Shown here: piece by piece, positions 37,722 through 49,452 of the stretch
How the letters are laid out: each line of letters begins with the position of its first letter
Numbering within the stretch: position 1 is the stretch's first letter
Program-made: the position numbers and the translations under genes
Notes under the pieces: generated by a model
The model's database searches: none
Told to the model about the DNA's origin: nothing
Seen by the model: the letters and a program-made list of their open reading frames with translations, nothing else
Source of the DNA: Coniocarpon cinnabarinum
Taxonomy: Eukaryota
DNA length: 59,253 nt
Direction: 5' to 3'
Assembly (NCBI GenBank): GCA_051942205.1
Contig: JAVECO010000150.1
Coordinates: forward strand, 1-59,253

Positions 37722-40700
37722 TAAGTAATTGAAACCAGTCAAGCTCCTCTCATTATCACTGCACGTGCCGGCGACCAAGTTATACGCAATGACGGCGAAA
37801 TTCAAGTTTACAAGCGAACTTGGGCTGTTTTTGACTGAGGAGGTGCTCAAGGATCTTTGTCTTTGCATGCTTCTTGGAGAATGGCTCACGATTCGACTGT
37901 GAGATTCACTCAACTGACTGAACTACGAAACAATCGCCTTGACGTTTGCATGCTTGTCGGAGTAGACGAACAACAGCAGATGGGAACGACGACCACAAGG
38001 ATAAAGTAGAACAAAACTTCCACGAATGTCAGGGTAAGACCGCATTTTGGGATCGTCATTCAAACCCTGCCACCCGTCTCGCACAACGTCTAATCGTGGC
38101 AAGAGCTATAAAGAACAGTGGTTGTGGGATTTCAGTCCAAGTAACAAGCCTGTACAATACGAAGCACTTGGGTCACAAAGCTATTAGTACCATGGCGAAA
38201 GCCAATTGCAACTCATAAGACGCTGATTTAAAATGCGGTAAAATCTTTCCTGCGAAGCCCTTGTGGGCATCCTGGCATGTCCGATGTTTTGCCGCTTGTG
38301 AACTATACCGGCGCTGTCAAATCCTGGCGTCTTTGGCTCTGCAATAACTTATTCGGCTATTGGTTGAAATTGTCAATACCAAAGCAACTCGGGTTAAGCA
38401 TAAGTGAGCCTGGAAAGAGGGCTTCTAACGTCCTGCTACAGCCAGTGGGGTGAAGCCCGAGTCAGAAGGGCGAGCTGGCATTTTTCAGCGTTCTAGAAGC
38501 TTTGTGCTTACTTTCCGCGGGTTAAAGGCGTCGAACGGCACGCGAGTCACCTTGACCCGGCAGATTATCAGTCTTCTCTACGTGACGAGAGATCGGCCCA
38601 CCTCGATTACCTCCTTGGCCGTGCGTCCAAGGTCTGGTGACAGCTTCAAGATCGTCAACAACAGCGCTGCCTGTCGTCTCTTGCCGATCGAGACCCTGCC
38701 GTCGCATCACTCGACAGATGAGCGGGAAGCAAAGAGCAAGGTCTGTCAGGTCGCGTTGACCATCATGGTGGGCGGTGTTTCGCAAAGATGCGAAAAAACG
38801 CCTCGGCGGTTATTTGGCATCCATGTCCAATAAGCGCTGCGTCTATTGCATACCAACATTTTAGTCTCCGCAGCTGAAAAATACACTGGCACGCGCGCAC
38901 CATCGATGCATCTTGGACACCCAGGCTTCGCTAGGTGCCAGCTTAATTCTGAATGGAAGCTTAGACCACTCTTTGTAAGCTCGCGGGTGGCATTTCCTTG
39001 GGCTTGCATTCCCAGAGGCAAGCGGTGCCCAAGCTCCGACCAGCTAGGCCCGATGCGCCGACCAGGTACATGAGAATCTTCAGTCCTTGACCAGCATCAC
39101 GGATACCAAGTCGTTTCTGACTTGCGTCTGGCGGTACAAACACTCACAGGCCCCGCGATCGGCAGGGGCTTCATTGCCATGTGGTCTGTAGGCAATGCAA
39201 CGTGGGCTTCATGTGCTGGTCTTGCTACACTTGTCATGGTCAAGAGGTTGATCGACATGCCGAGAGACAGTGCTGATTAGGCGTCCGCATTGGGAGTAAG
39301 GACTGTCCCAGACCTGACGCCCATGTGTGCTTTCGGGCGTCCTTCCCGCTAGCCGGACGTTGACTGTTCGCCGAACAGCTGCCGGCTTCATCGTGGTGCG
39401 AAAGCTACCACTGTTTCAAGGTCGATCATGCAGCATGCTGCAGCTGTGAGGCGCAATGCTGATTAGACTCGAGATCGCGGGAGGATTGAGCTCAGGCGCT
39501 TCTAATGACAAGGTATAGGATCATAACGTTGCGCCACTCGCGCATGGGGTAGACCACTGCCGATGTAACATCGGTGACCAGGTATATACTCAGATGCATG
39601 TCATGTACGAGCACTGTAGGAGCATCGACGGGTCGGGAGCTGTGCTCGCAGCACTGCACCTTCACCTGCCGACCTTCAGCACGACGGTTGGGATGGGTCT
39701 TGAATCGTTCATCGCCGTCTTCGGCACAATACCCAGAAACGTTGGAGATCAGGGGCAAGCTTCCCCAGGAGCCCAGAAGAAAGGTGCGTGTCAGCAGTCG
39801 AGTCAGCGGTCAATGGCGATATTCAAGGTTTCGCCCCGATGGGCCACAGCGTGATTCATGAAGAAGCCAGCAAGCGTCGCTGTTGCACTCGCAACACAGG
39901 CGGATATATTGGGCGGGCTGGAGGCAGACGACCAAGAGCGACGCAGACGGCAAGTCAGAGTCATGGCGACGAAATTAATCCGAGATCACAGCTTGACAGC
40001 ATCAGCACCAGGGCAGGGCTGAGCCTGCACGGGGAACGAGGTAATCTCCACCTGTTACGCCCATACATTGACGGCTGAAGGGTGTGATATTGGAAGCGTG
40101 GTCTGTGCCAGGCCACGGTCTCCTGCTCGATTCTGCAAGAGTACGCAGAGGTTCTGGAGGCCAGCGTGCAGAGATGGCCGCTGTCGGTGAGGAATCCTGG
40201 TGATGGCGGAGAGTCTTGATCACTTTCACCGACGGGGGAAGCCAAAGCGTAGATCAACAATACACCACTCGAGCACCGCGTGGAGGTAGTGTGTCGCCGA
40301 CGCCTGGCGCTGCAGCTGTTCTTGCGCCAAGCATTGGACCGGGCTGACGTAGCTCCGTCACAAGCGATCGAGTCCGCGGTGGAAGACGACCGGCGAGCGC
40401 AGAGCCATGACTCTCGTCGGCGCTCGACAAGGCTCGCGACGCTGCAGAAGTCCAGCGTGCCCTTCGAGAACCTGGAATGGGCGCGATGGAGGCGGAAGAG
40501 GGTCAGCATCATGACACGTGGCTGGAGGGAGAGAGAGATGGGTGAGGGAGGAGGGAATCTACCTACACCTATTTTTAGGGGGCGAAAAGGCGGAGCAACG
40601 GGATTGGTTGCGGACCGGCTGGCGTGTTTGAGACTAGTTCCTCCGCGGACTTTGATGGCGCTCGGACCCCGGAACTATCTGAGATCGCATGGCACCTCAT

Positions 40701-41051
40701 CTCGCGGCACGGCGCCAATTGCGGAGTGCCTCCAATCCTGACACGCGGTCCCCACACGCCCGGGCCATGGACGTCGTGTGCTCTGTGCTCGTCCGGGCTT
40801 TACTCATCATCGTCGTTTGTTGCCATTCCATCTCTCCATCTCGTCTGCCTGCGCTCGAGCCAGGCGGGAGAGGGACGAGCGACGAGGGACGAGCATGTGT
40901 GTCCGTCCATGGGTCCGGCGTTCGCGTCTGCCATGCTGAGCAATGTTTCCTCCATGCTTCGTCTGTTCGCGGCGCCTCGCGACCACAGTCCTGCTCCCTG
41001 GGCCTGCTATCGATCGTCCACTTCGCCGCGCTCCCTCACTCCATCTCCTCG

Positions 41052-41076
41052 CTCCTCCTCCTCCTCCTCCTCCTCC
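41052..41076 (+). repeat. (CTC)n microsatellite
   Basis: About 8 tandem CTC units in the pyrimidine-rich leader of the C2H2 gene. Confidence 0.85.
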
Positions 41077-42143
41077 ACCACCGCGTCCAAGGCTTCACAT
41101 CTCGCTCGGTCCCCCCTAGCGTTTCCACACCCCGGCTACGCTCGATCCGCACCCTCTCCAGTCACCACCTACCACACCACCTCCCCCCCATGCGTGACCA
41201 ACCAACTCTCCCACCCGTCTTCCGTCCTTCAGCCGTGCTCCTCTGTCACACCCTCTTTGACCACGTCTCCGTTTCGCACGTTTCGCGCACCCTTCACGCG
41301 ATACAGACGCTCGTGCCGCCCGCCAGAGGGTGATCTGCGTCTGGGCTGAGGCTTCCACCGTTTTCCTCTTCATGGCTGCTGCTGGCTGTGTCGATGCCTC
41401 CGCTCGATCTGCCCCGTCCGTTGTTTCATCATTTCCTCGCGACCTCTCCATCTCCTGCACGAAAACCCCCTTCCCCCCTTCTTGAACACGCACACCCACG
41501 CTTGCTCGGTGCCGGCGGTTAGTGTCTAGTTGTATACCAAGTTGACAAACGCCTCCCAGCCCGGCACAGCCCGTCTTGCCGGCGGCGCGCTTGCTCTCTT
41601 GATCCTTCATCTGTTGCGCTCTCCGCCGTCGCTGCTCAGCAGCGCTGTCAGAGATACGATCCTCTTTCCCTCCACTCACCGGCTACGCCGCACAAGACGC
41701 TTTTGCCAACCTGTCCTTCCCGGATACGCTTGTATTTCTTTTCTGCAAGCTCGCTTGCGCGTCCACCCTCTCTGCCATTTAGTTCCCTTCCTCTCCTGCC
41801 TCCTCGACACCTGGTTCAACAAACGTGCATGCCCGTCAGCCGCGGAAGTGGTATCAAACGGCGAAACCTCTCTGGCCTGCCCCTTGCTTCCATATTTGGC
41901 TGATGCTTGGCCGCAGCCGGGGGCTTATACACTGCCTGTTTGATTAAGCTCGTCACCGCCCCCTGGACATTGCACTGGGTCTGTCTGAGCCGAATACTGC
42001 TTCTTTTGATCAACCTGGGCTCGAGTCTTGATACACTTCTCCCCAGCGGTGCACGGCGCTGCGCGTTCCACTGGCGGGACGACTGCCGCTAATCACCAAC
42101 AACCCTCCCGACCGCTTTTACAAATACACTCACCACCGCTGTC

Positions 42144-44929
42144 ATGCCGATCGCTGCTTCTAAACCTTTACGTGGCCTACCTATGTCCGTTCGCAAAGAC
42201 AAACCTCAACCACGCCGGCCCTCCTACCAGTCTCCCATCCTCGCTTCACTCTCCTCGGACTCCACTCCCACGATTGCTGAACGTCGCAGAAGGATGTCGT
42301 CGAGGGGCTCGAGAGACATGCGAGCCTCGTTGACACAGCGTTCGCCATCCTTCACCACAACCATGACTTCCACTACCGGGTCACCCAGTCAATCACCGGA
42401 CCACCATGATGATGCGCCACGAACCAAGACCGGTCGCATCAGCACAGCGAAGAAAGGCAAGCCTGTGCACAAGTGCGATGTTGAAGACTGTGGGAAGGTG
42501 AGTGTCCCTAGCTGTATTTCTGTGCAACAACTGCTTTGCTGAGGTTCTACATTGTATGCGAATCTCTGCTGACGTTTTTGTCAAGGTGTACACGCGCAAC
42601 GAACACTTAAAGGTATGAAGACGCATCTGACCCACCGCGTGTATTTTTGAAGAAGTCATGCTGACATTTGCTGCAGTATGCAACCTTGGGGCCAGCCTTG
42701 AATTTTTACGAACCCGCTGACCCCTTCCCCTAGACGTCACCAGCTCAACCACAGTAACTCCTCAATGTCTTGCGACTTTCCTAAATGTCGAAAGAAATTC
42801 CATCGTGTTGATCTTTACCATCGCCACAAGCGAGAGGACCAGTATGTTCTCCATGTTTGTTCCACACCTGTGACGCATAACACTGACTCTCGTTTCAGTA
42901 ACATTGATCCAGAGTCCGGCATGCCTCTTGAAAACCCCGTGGAGCATGCGCGTACATCTGAGAGGTTCAGCTTTGAAGCATCCTCGACCTCCAGCATCGA
43001 CCCGCAGCGAGAAGTCTCTGCATATCGTAAGTTTGCATACGATTCGGTCAGCCAATGAGCCTGCTAATTGATTCCGTAGCATCTGCCGCGATGATGAATG
43101 GAGTTTTGGACGACGCATCCATGTCGCCGTCACCGAGAATGCCTCTGCCTCCTTACGGTAGTGCCGATTTTGCGCAAATGGACTTCTACCAACCTTATGG
43201 TTTTCAAGCAGAGGCTAATATGTTTGCCTTGCCTGAAGGATCGATGCCCGAGGCTCCTGGTGGGTACAGCTACGATTTCAGTGGCTCCCGCTCTCCAGTT
43301 TCCGCCGCATCATCAGCTCAAATATGGTCGCAGTACAATGGTGACAGTCGCCGACCGTCACGAAACCCCTTTTCGCCAGCTAGTACCGAAGCATCTCTAT
43401 CACCATTCAGTACCCCTTTTGGCGGCAGCAATGTCGCTTCAAATGAGATGCAGGACAGCTCCGTGGAGTATTTTGCGGCTCAGGACAAATGCGAAGATAC
43501 TATCATCCAGGAAACACTAGGGAATATCATTCGAGCACAAGACAACTATGGGTTCCAGCCTCACTTGGCAAACGTGGATGCACGGTACATGGACGCCTAC
43601 TGGCAGTGTTTCGATCCCTTGTTCTCGGTCGTGAATCGACTCAACTATGAAAATTCAGGTACCTCCCCGCTTGTCAAAGCATTGATGGTGGCAATTGGCG
43701 CGTATCATCTTGATTACGCCCCAGCGCAAAATCTGGCCTTGGCGCTTCGGGAGACATGTTCGAAGCTACTCCATGACCGCCTGATCCTCGATTACAACCA
43801 CTCGCGACTTTGTGACTTGCAAGCCACTTTCCTATTTGAAGCGTTCTCTGTCTACTGCTCAAGGCGACCTCACTCTCGGTTCTCCCAACGGTTCGAGGAT
43901 CTCCTGGTCGGGTTACATGCTGATCGAGACAATGCTTCCTACAACAACCCCCTGAGCATGGTCGACACGAGCCCGGTGAACTATTACAACACCAATAGCA
44001 GTGCCCAGCATATGCAATGGATGCATCTGGAATCGAAGCGACGTCTTTTGCTTGCGAGCTACTCCCTAGAGGTGCAGCAAAACCTCTTCCTTGGCTCGCA
44101 CCGTCCTGTCTCGGATCGCAACCGTCCCATGCCGTGCTCCGGTGCACTGTGGTCAGTCAAGTCCTTTGAAGAATGGCACTACCTCATTCAGCAGGAGAGT
44201 CCAGAAGCAAGGACCTTACCCGATGCCATGATGGCCGCGCGCGCCAACGAGTTCAACATTACCGACAGCTTTTTGTCCAACGTTGCAGTCGCACACGCTG
44301 CACACAGTACGATGTTGGATCCTGCCGGCAGCTCTACGCTTTCACTACAACCATCGATGCACGGCGCCGCTTCTCGTTTCACAGTAGAGGCGACAACGTT
44401 GGCTGTCAACACACCCATCACGAATCTCCTCTCCGTTAGTGGTGAAACGTTTGTGCTTGGACAGAAGCTGGCCAGCTCCGATCAATACCATGACGCATGC
44501 CAAGAGCTCCATAGTTGGGTGTCGTCTGAGAATGCTGTGCCTGCTGTCCAAGCTGCCATCAGACTCTACAGCATAGCGCTGCAAGGCGGTCGTGTTGGTC
44601 TCATCTACGAAGACTGGGTCCTGATTCTTGCCGCCTTGGTCTTCTGGGCATGCGCAATGTGGCCTGACCAAAACAAGATTCAAAGCCGGCCGTCACCACT
44701 GCCAGCGCATGTGGTGACTGACTTGACGAAAAAGGCCATTGCCAATGCAAGCGAGCAACAGGGAGCAAGAGGCATGAGTTGGGGTTCAGCACGAGCGTGC
44801 CTGGCGTACGCAAAACAACAGATCGAAGGTCGCCTCGGCTGGCTGATCCAAGACTCGAGCGGTGTGTTGAGCAAGTTGGTGGATGGGCGAGCGGTTGACG
44901 ACATCAGCAGCAGCAGCGAAAGCGGATGA
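42144..44929 (+). CDS. C2H2 zinc-finger transcription factor with a fungal TF middle-homology region; exons 42144-42497, 42586-42611, 42734-42841, 42899-43026, 43080-44929
   Basis: Spliced fingers HKCDVEDCGKVYTRNEHLKRHQLNH and CDFPKCRKKFHRVDLYHRHKREDH. Downstream 'YMDAYWQCFDPLFSVV', 'LMVAIGAY', 'WMHLESKRRLLL' and 'MPCSGALW' are typical of the fungal TF middle-homology region. Confidence 0.9.
42612..42733 (+). other. [D1,2] spliceosomal twin intron (stwintron)
   Basis: Internal intron 42613-42676 (GTATGA...GCTGAC...CAG) interrupts the external donor G|TATGC. External intron = G42612 + 42677-42733 (...GCTGAC...TAG). Only two-step removal keeps the zinc-finger frame. Confidence 0.85.
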
Positions 44930-45901
44930 TGGGACGGCGAGGGAAGAAGGAGCACGACAGAGACTTGTGCTTATGTTATCGACGACCGTCACGACCTTCA
45001 TCTGCATTCGCGAAAAGTGATACCATGGGTTGCATTTTGAGACGATTTGAGTCTGGTGAAATTACCTAGAGTGGCATTGTCATTTTGTGCTATGTAATCA
45101 TTGCAAACAGCGTTGCATGAGTGTGAATGAAATACTTCTTTTTGCCATGACTCACGGCTTTTGAGATGTTTCTTCTGCATCAGCATGAGCCGCTACCTCT
45201 TCGCGAGGCATAGAATCGACTGTCTATCTGCACACCTATCTGCACACTCTCCGCGGAGTCTCGGATCGGGTCGAGAGCAGTGCACAAGATTAGACGGCCA
45301 AGTCCGGCGCGATAATTGGGGCTGAGGTTGAGCTACTGGTACATCTGCGGCGCGGGAAGCAGTTGCCCTTTCGAGAAAACCACAAACTGACCATTCACGT
45401 GCCGGTAGAACAATTCCGAAGCTGCGTTTCACCTTCGCACTATTGACCCGCCAGGGCCATCTTGCAGTCCTATTTTCTTTTCTTCAGTTCCACCAACGCT
45501 TGCTGATGTGCCCGTCTCTTCAAAAAAACTCTTTCAGATAAAGTTGTCTAGTACTTAAGATACTCTTTAATGTAAAGCTAAGGTAGGTGCTGCATGTGGA
45601 GTCATTATGTTGCTTCATCTTGCTTGCATTCAACCATAACGCGGCACACGCCGGCTCAAAAGAACGTAGCCGATCAACAGTCTCCAAGAGGACTCCATGA
45701 AATATAGGACGGGGCCAATGAGCCGCTACACGGGCAATAGGCATCCATATTCCACCTGCCGCGCAATATCGCCTGTTCCGTAGTAAAGTACACTCATCAA
45801 GCGGTATATGATTCCACCATGTTGTCCTCGCCAGGCTTCGACACTGTCGTTGGCTCTCGCGCAAATTTCGTTGTTCCTCAGTCATTCGTTGAAACATCAT
45901 A

Positions 45902-47475
45902 ATGGTCCGATTCATTGCAACTGTGCTACTTTTGCTCAGCGCGTCCGTTCCTTTAGCCGTCGCCAAAGATGTTTTTGCTCATTTGATGGTATGTCTGATT
46001 ATGTCTCCTGCAGAAAGCTCTCAACATAGCATACTTTCTATTCAGAAATCTTCGATGTAGTTCTCTATTTGCCAGTAAGCTTCAATAGTGGCCAAAGCCT
46101 TCAACTACTTGAAGATGTAAAAACATCCACGTACTTACTGGCAGAGGCCGTTCCTAAGACTAACGCATCCTATCAGATTGGAAATACCAACTCCTGGACG
46201 CCAGATGATTGGGACTTTCACTCCAATCGTGCCGCCCAGGCCGGCCTCGCCGGCTTCGCGCTCAACATCGCGCAGAGCGACTGGACCCAGACACAGCTCG
46301 GTCTAGCATACGATGCAGCCGAGAAGCTCGGCAATTTCAAAAACTTCATCTCCTTCGACTACCCCACTGCCGCGTCTCAAGGCAAAGCGTTCACACCCGA
46401 CAACATCGTCCCCATTTTGAAGAACCACAGCAGTCGTCCGGGACAATACCTCTTCAACAACCAGCCACTAGTCAGCACCTTTGAAGGAAATGAGGCATCA
46501 AGCGACTGGGCAAGCATCAAGCAGCAATTCCCTTGCTCTTTCTTTCCAGAGTACAGCAAGCTCTCCGCTGCCGATGCCGCCGCCGTCCCCGGCGTAGATG
46601 GGTAAGCCTCTTGCTCTCCCTTCCAAACCTTACATCGATGCCCGTCATCACCGTCACTAATCCACGACAGCCTCTTCTCCTGGAATGCCTGGCCCCTCGG
46701 CGCCACCGATTATCCTCCTTCGTCGTCCGACTCAGGCTACTCCAGCGCCAAAACCGGCAAACCCTACATGAAACCCCTCTCACCCTGGTTCTACCGCCAC
46801 GCCAATGGCCAAAGCTGGCTCTGGCGCGGCGACAACCTCTGGCACCTCTCCTGGTCTCAGGCGATAACCGATAATCCGGAGCTCATTGAAATCGTGACCT
46901 ACAACGATTGGGCGGAGTCTACGTACATTGCGCCGAATCCGAGCAACGTGGGTGACATCGCCGCGGATGCACAGGGTTACGTCACAGGGAGTAATCACAC
47001 GGCGTGGCTGTCCGACCTGCAATTCTACATCTCCGCCTATAAAAACGGCGGGGCCGCCACGGCGCAGTCACCTCATTTTACGTTCTGGCATCGGCTTTCC
47101 AAGGCTTCGGCGTGTGGGAGTGATACGCCGTGTAATAATGCGGACTTTGGACAGGCTGCCGCCGCCGCTAGTGACTGTGATCGCGACGCTATTTTCTTTA
47201 CGGTGTTTCCCAGTAGTACGGATGCGTCGCCGACGGTGACGCTGGAGATGGGAGGCAGTACGCAGACGGCGACGCCGACTTTGGATAATACGGGTGCGGC
47301 GCATGGGAATGTGAGTTTTGATGCTTTTGGCGGTGCGTTGGGGCCTGTTACTGTGAGTGTGAGTGGGGCGGGTGGCGGGGCGGGTGATGAAGGGAATTTA
47401 GGTCCGGTGACGGGGGAGCCGATCACGGATAGTTGTTCGATTGGGTGGAATGTGTTTGTGGCCGGGTCTGGATGA
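45902..47475 (+). CDS. Secreted GH71 alpha-1,3-glucanase (mutanase); introns 45989-46176 and 46602-46670
   Basis: Signal peptide MVRFIATVLLLLSASVPLAVA, then 'KDVFAHLM|IGN', 'GFALNI', 'FISFDY', 'PLVSTFEG', 'DG|LFSWNAWP', 'YMKPLSPWFY' and 'IEIVTYNDWAESTYI'. Confidence 0.92.
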
Positions 47476-48218
47476 GTTGAGGATGTGGTAGGCGATGCTT
47501 GTGTTGGTTATTTCTACTTGGGTGAGGTGGTTCAATCATATTACTTTTACTTCAGTGGTGAAGCTCGATTCGAAATACGAAAGACTATGTATTCGACAGG
47601 CTCGACTGGGTGAAATACCTGAGTGCGTGGACTTTCATTTCCTGTTCCTTGTTCAGACTCTAATTCCTTCGAATTCCGCATGGCTTAGCTCTCATTCATC
47701 GTCATACTTATCCTTGTGCACTTATGATGGTTGCATTGTACTTTGTGTATCATCGTACTTAGTATCATCTCACTTCAAATGATCGTACCTCATATCACCT
47801 ACCCCGCCCTTCTTTCCAAAGCCAACGCACCTTTCTGAAGGCTGTGTCCGAAACATAGAAAGAGATCAGCACACACAATCACTCAAGAGTTCAAGCATTG
47901 CCATCTAGTCTGCAATGCTGTTGCCTTCTTTCGAAGTCTATCGACTGCCATCTCGTCACGGTCACGGTCACGGTCACACAAATGAAGATACTCCGGTTGT
48001 TGTCCTCTCTGCTTGTCAGTTCCAGAGATGGAACCATGATAAGACAATTTATCTCAAACGAATCGAAATCAACAAGTAGGCGTACTTTGAAAGGACTGTG
48101 CCACTATTTGGTACGCCTGCGGCTCTTTCTTCTGAGTATCTCATCAACATTGAGAACGAGTTCTTGCTTTCCCCGATACTAAAGTCTTGGAGGTGGAACG
48201 GTCGCTGTCGGCTCTGCG

Positions 48219-48540
48219 TAAGAGATGCCTTACGTGAGCACCTTCACGTCGCTTTTAAGTAAAGACGTCTACCAAAGGTCTAGTATATATCATCTCTCTA
48301 AAAGACAGAATAGTATTAGAGGTTCCTGTGTACAAGCAAGGTAGAAGTATAGAATATACTACACTATCCTTACTACATACCTTTCAAAGGTCCAGCTTAT
48401 AGATTTTTAAAAATAATTTACTAGAACAGTAGAAGATAAATTAGCTGTAAATAAGAGATGCCTTACTCAAGCAATTCAGCTTCTTCTTTAAAGAAGTCAA
48501 AAATTGACTGATCTACGGCTTATGCTTTTACTATAAGAAG
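48219..48540. repeat. AT/TpA-rich patch with a 15-bp direct repeat; possible RIP-degraded repeat relic
   Basis: TAAGAGATGCCTTAC at 48219-48233 and 48452-48466. The intervening sequence is visibly AT- and TA-rich compared with its flanks and has no ORF. Confidence 0.45.
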
Positions 48541-49452
48541 CGAAGGGTTTCCGCTGCATAAAGGGACAGCTAGCACTTCGGTTTGAGATGGCTATAAGTG
48601 ATTCTTAAACGGCTCTGTCGCTGTCTCGGTTGCGGTGGACGACGCTAAGCGGGGATCTGCTGGCCACGGGAATGATCTTGAGTTACTCTTTTTTGTTGTT
48701 TCTCTTTACGGTCATAGCATTTCCACATAAGTCCTTGCAATGTAAACAACAAAGCTTACTTACTTTCTAATCGCACTCAGCCCCCTCAAGCCAAGTCATC
48801 CCAATAGGAGAGTACTTTTATATCCCACGATCGGCGCAATCCATGTCGTGAAAAGTAGCGTGGTACACTTGGGAGACGCTGAGCACTTATCCCTCTATCA
48901 AACTCACGCTTTGATTGATTTGCACTGGACTTGCACGGGACCTGGACCTGGATCTGGACCCAGTTAAAAACTCTGCATGTCATCAAGCCGTCGGCGTCCG
49001 CTGAGGTCGGTCTCCCTGTGAATATGAGGGAAATACAATCCCTTTCTTCGTGATTCTACTTTTCGCTCATGAGTACCTTTGCTTTCTAGCGCTTCACACT
49101 TTAGAGCTGAAACATGTATCGAGGATTATGGCTAGAGCGTATTATTTTGGCATGGGAAGAGTATTGGAGGGATGATGTATGAGAAATGGTAAGGCTCTGT
49201 TGTCGCTGTTGACGCTGACAGTGGATGAACCACAGCAATATGACATCGCATGCGTTCAAATTGCGTTTCCCTGGCCGAGTCAGAGTCGGCTTCTATGCTG
49301 GTATATATCGTTCAATCGCTATTCATACAAATCCGATTTCTGTGCAATAGTCAGGGCGATAATACACACCTCGCATCTTTCGCAACCACCAAGCTGCAGT
49401 AGACGCCGATCCATGCGTCCGTCTATGGTCAATCATTATACAATCTATCTTT

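Noticed and set aside
45988..46176. Second stwintron in GH71 intron 1 (internal CCAG|TAAGC)
   Set aside because: [D1,2] splicing would drop the G of ATG and frameshift AHLM-IGN. [A2,3] needs a G after the acceptor, and there is no good internal branch point. A single intron gives the right frame.
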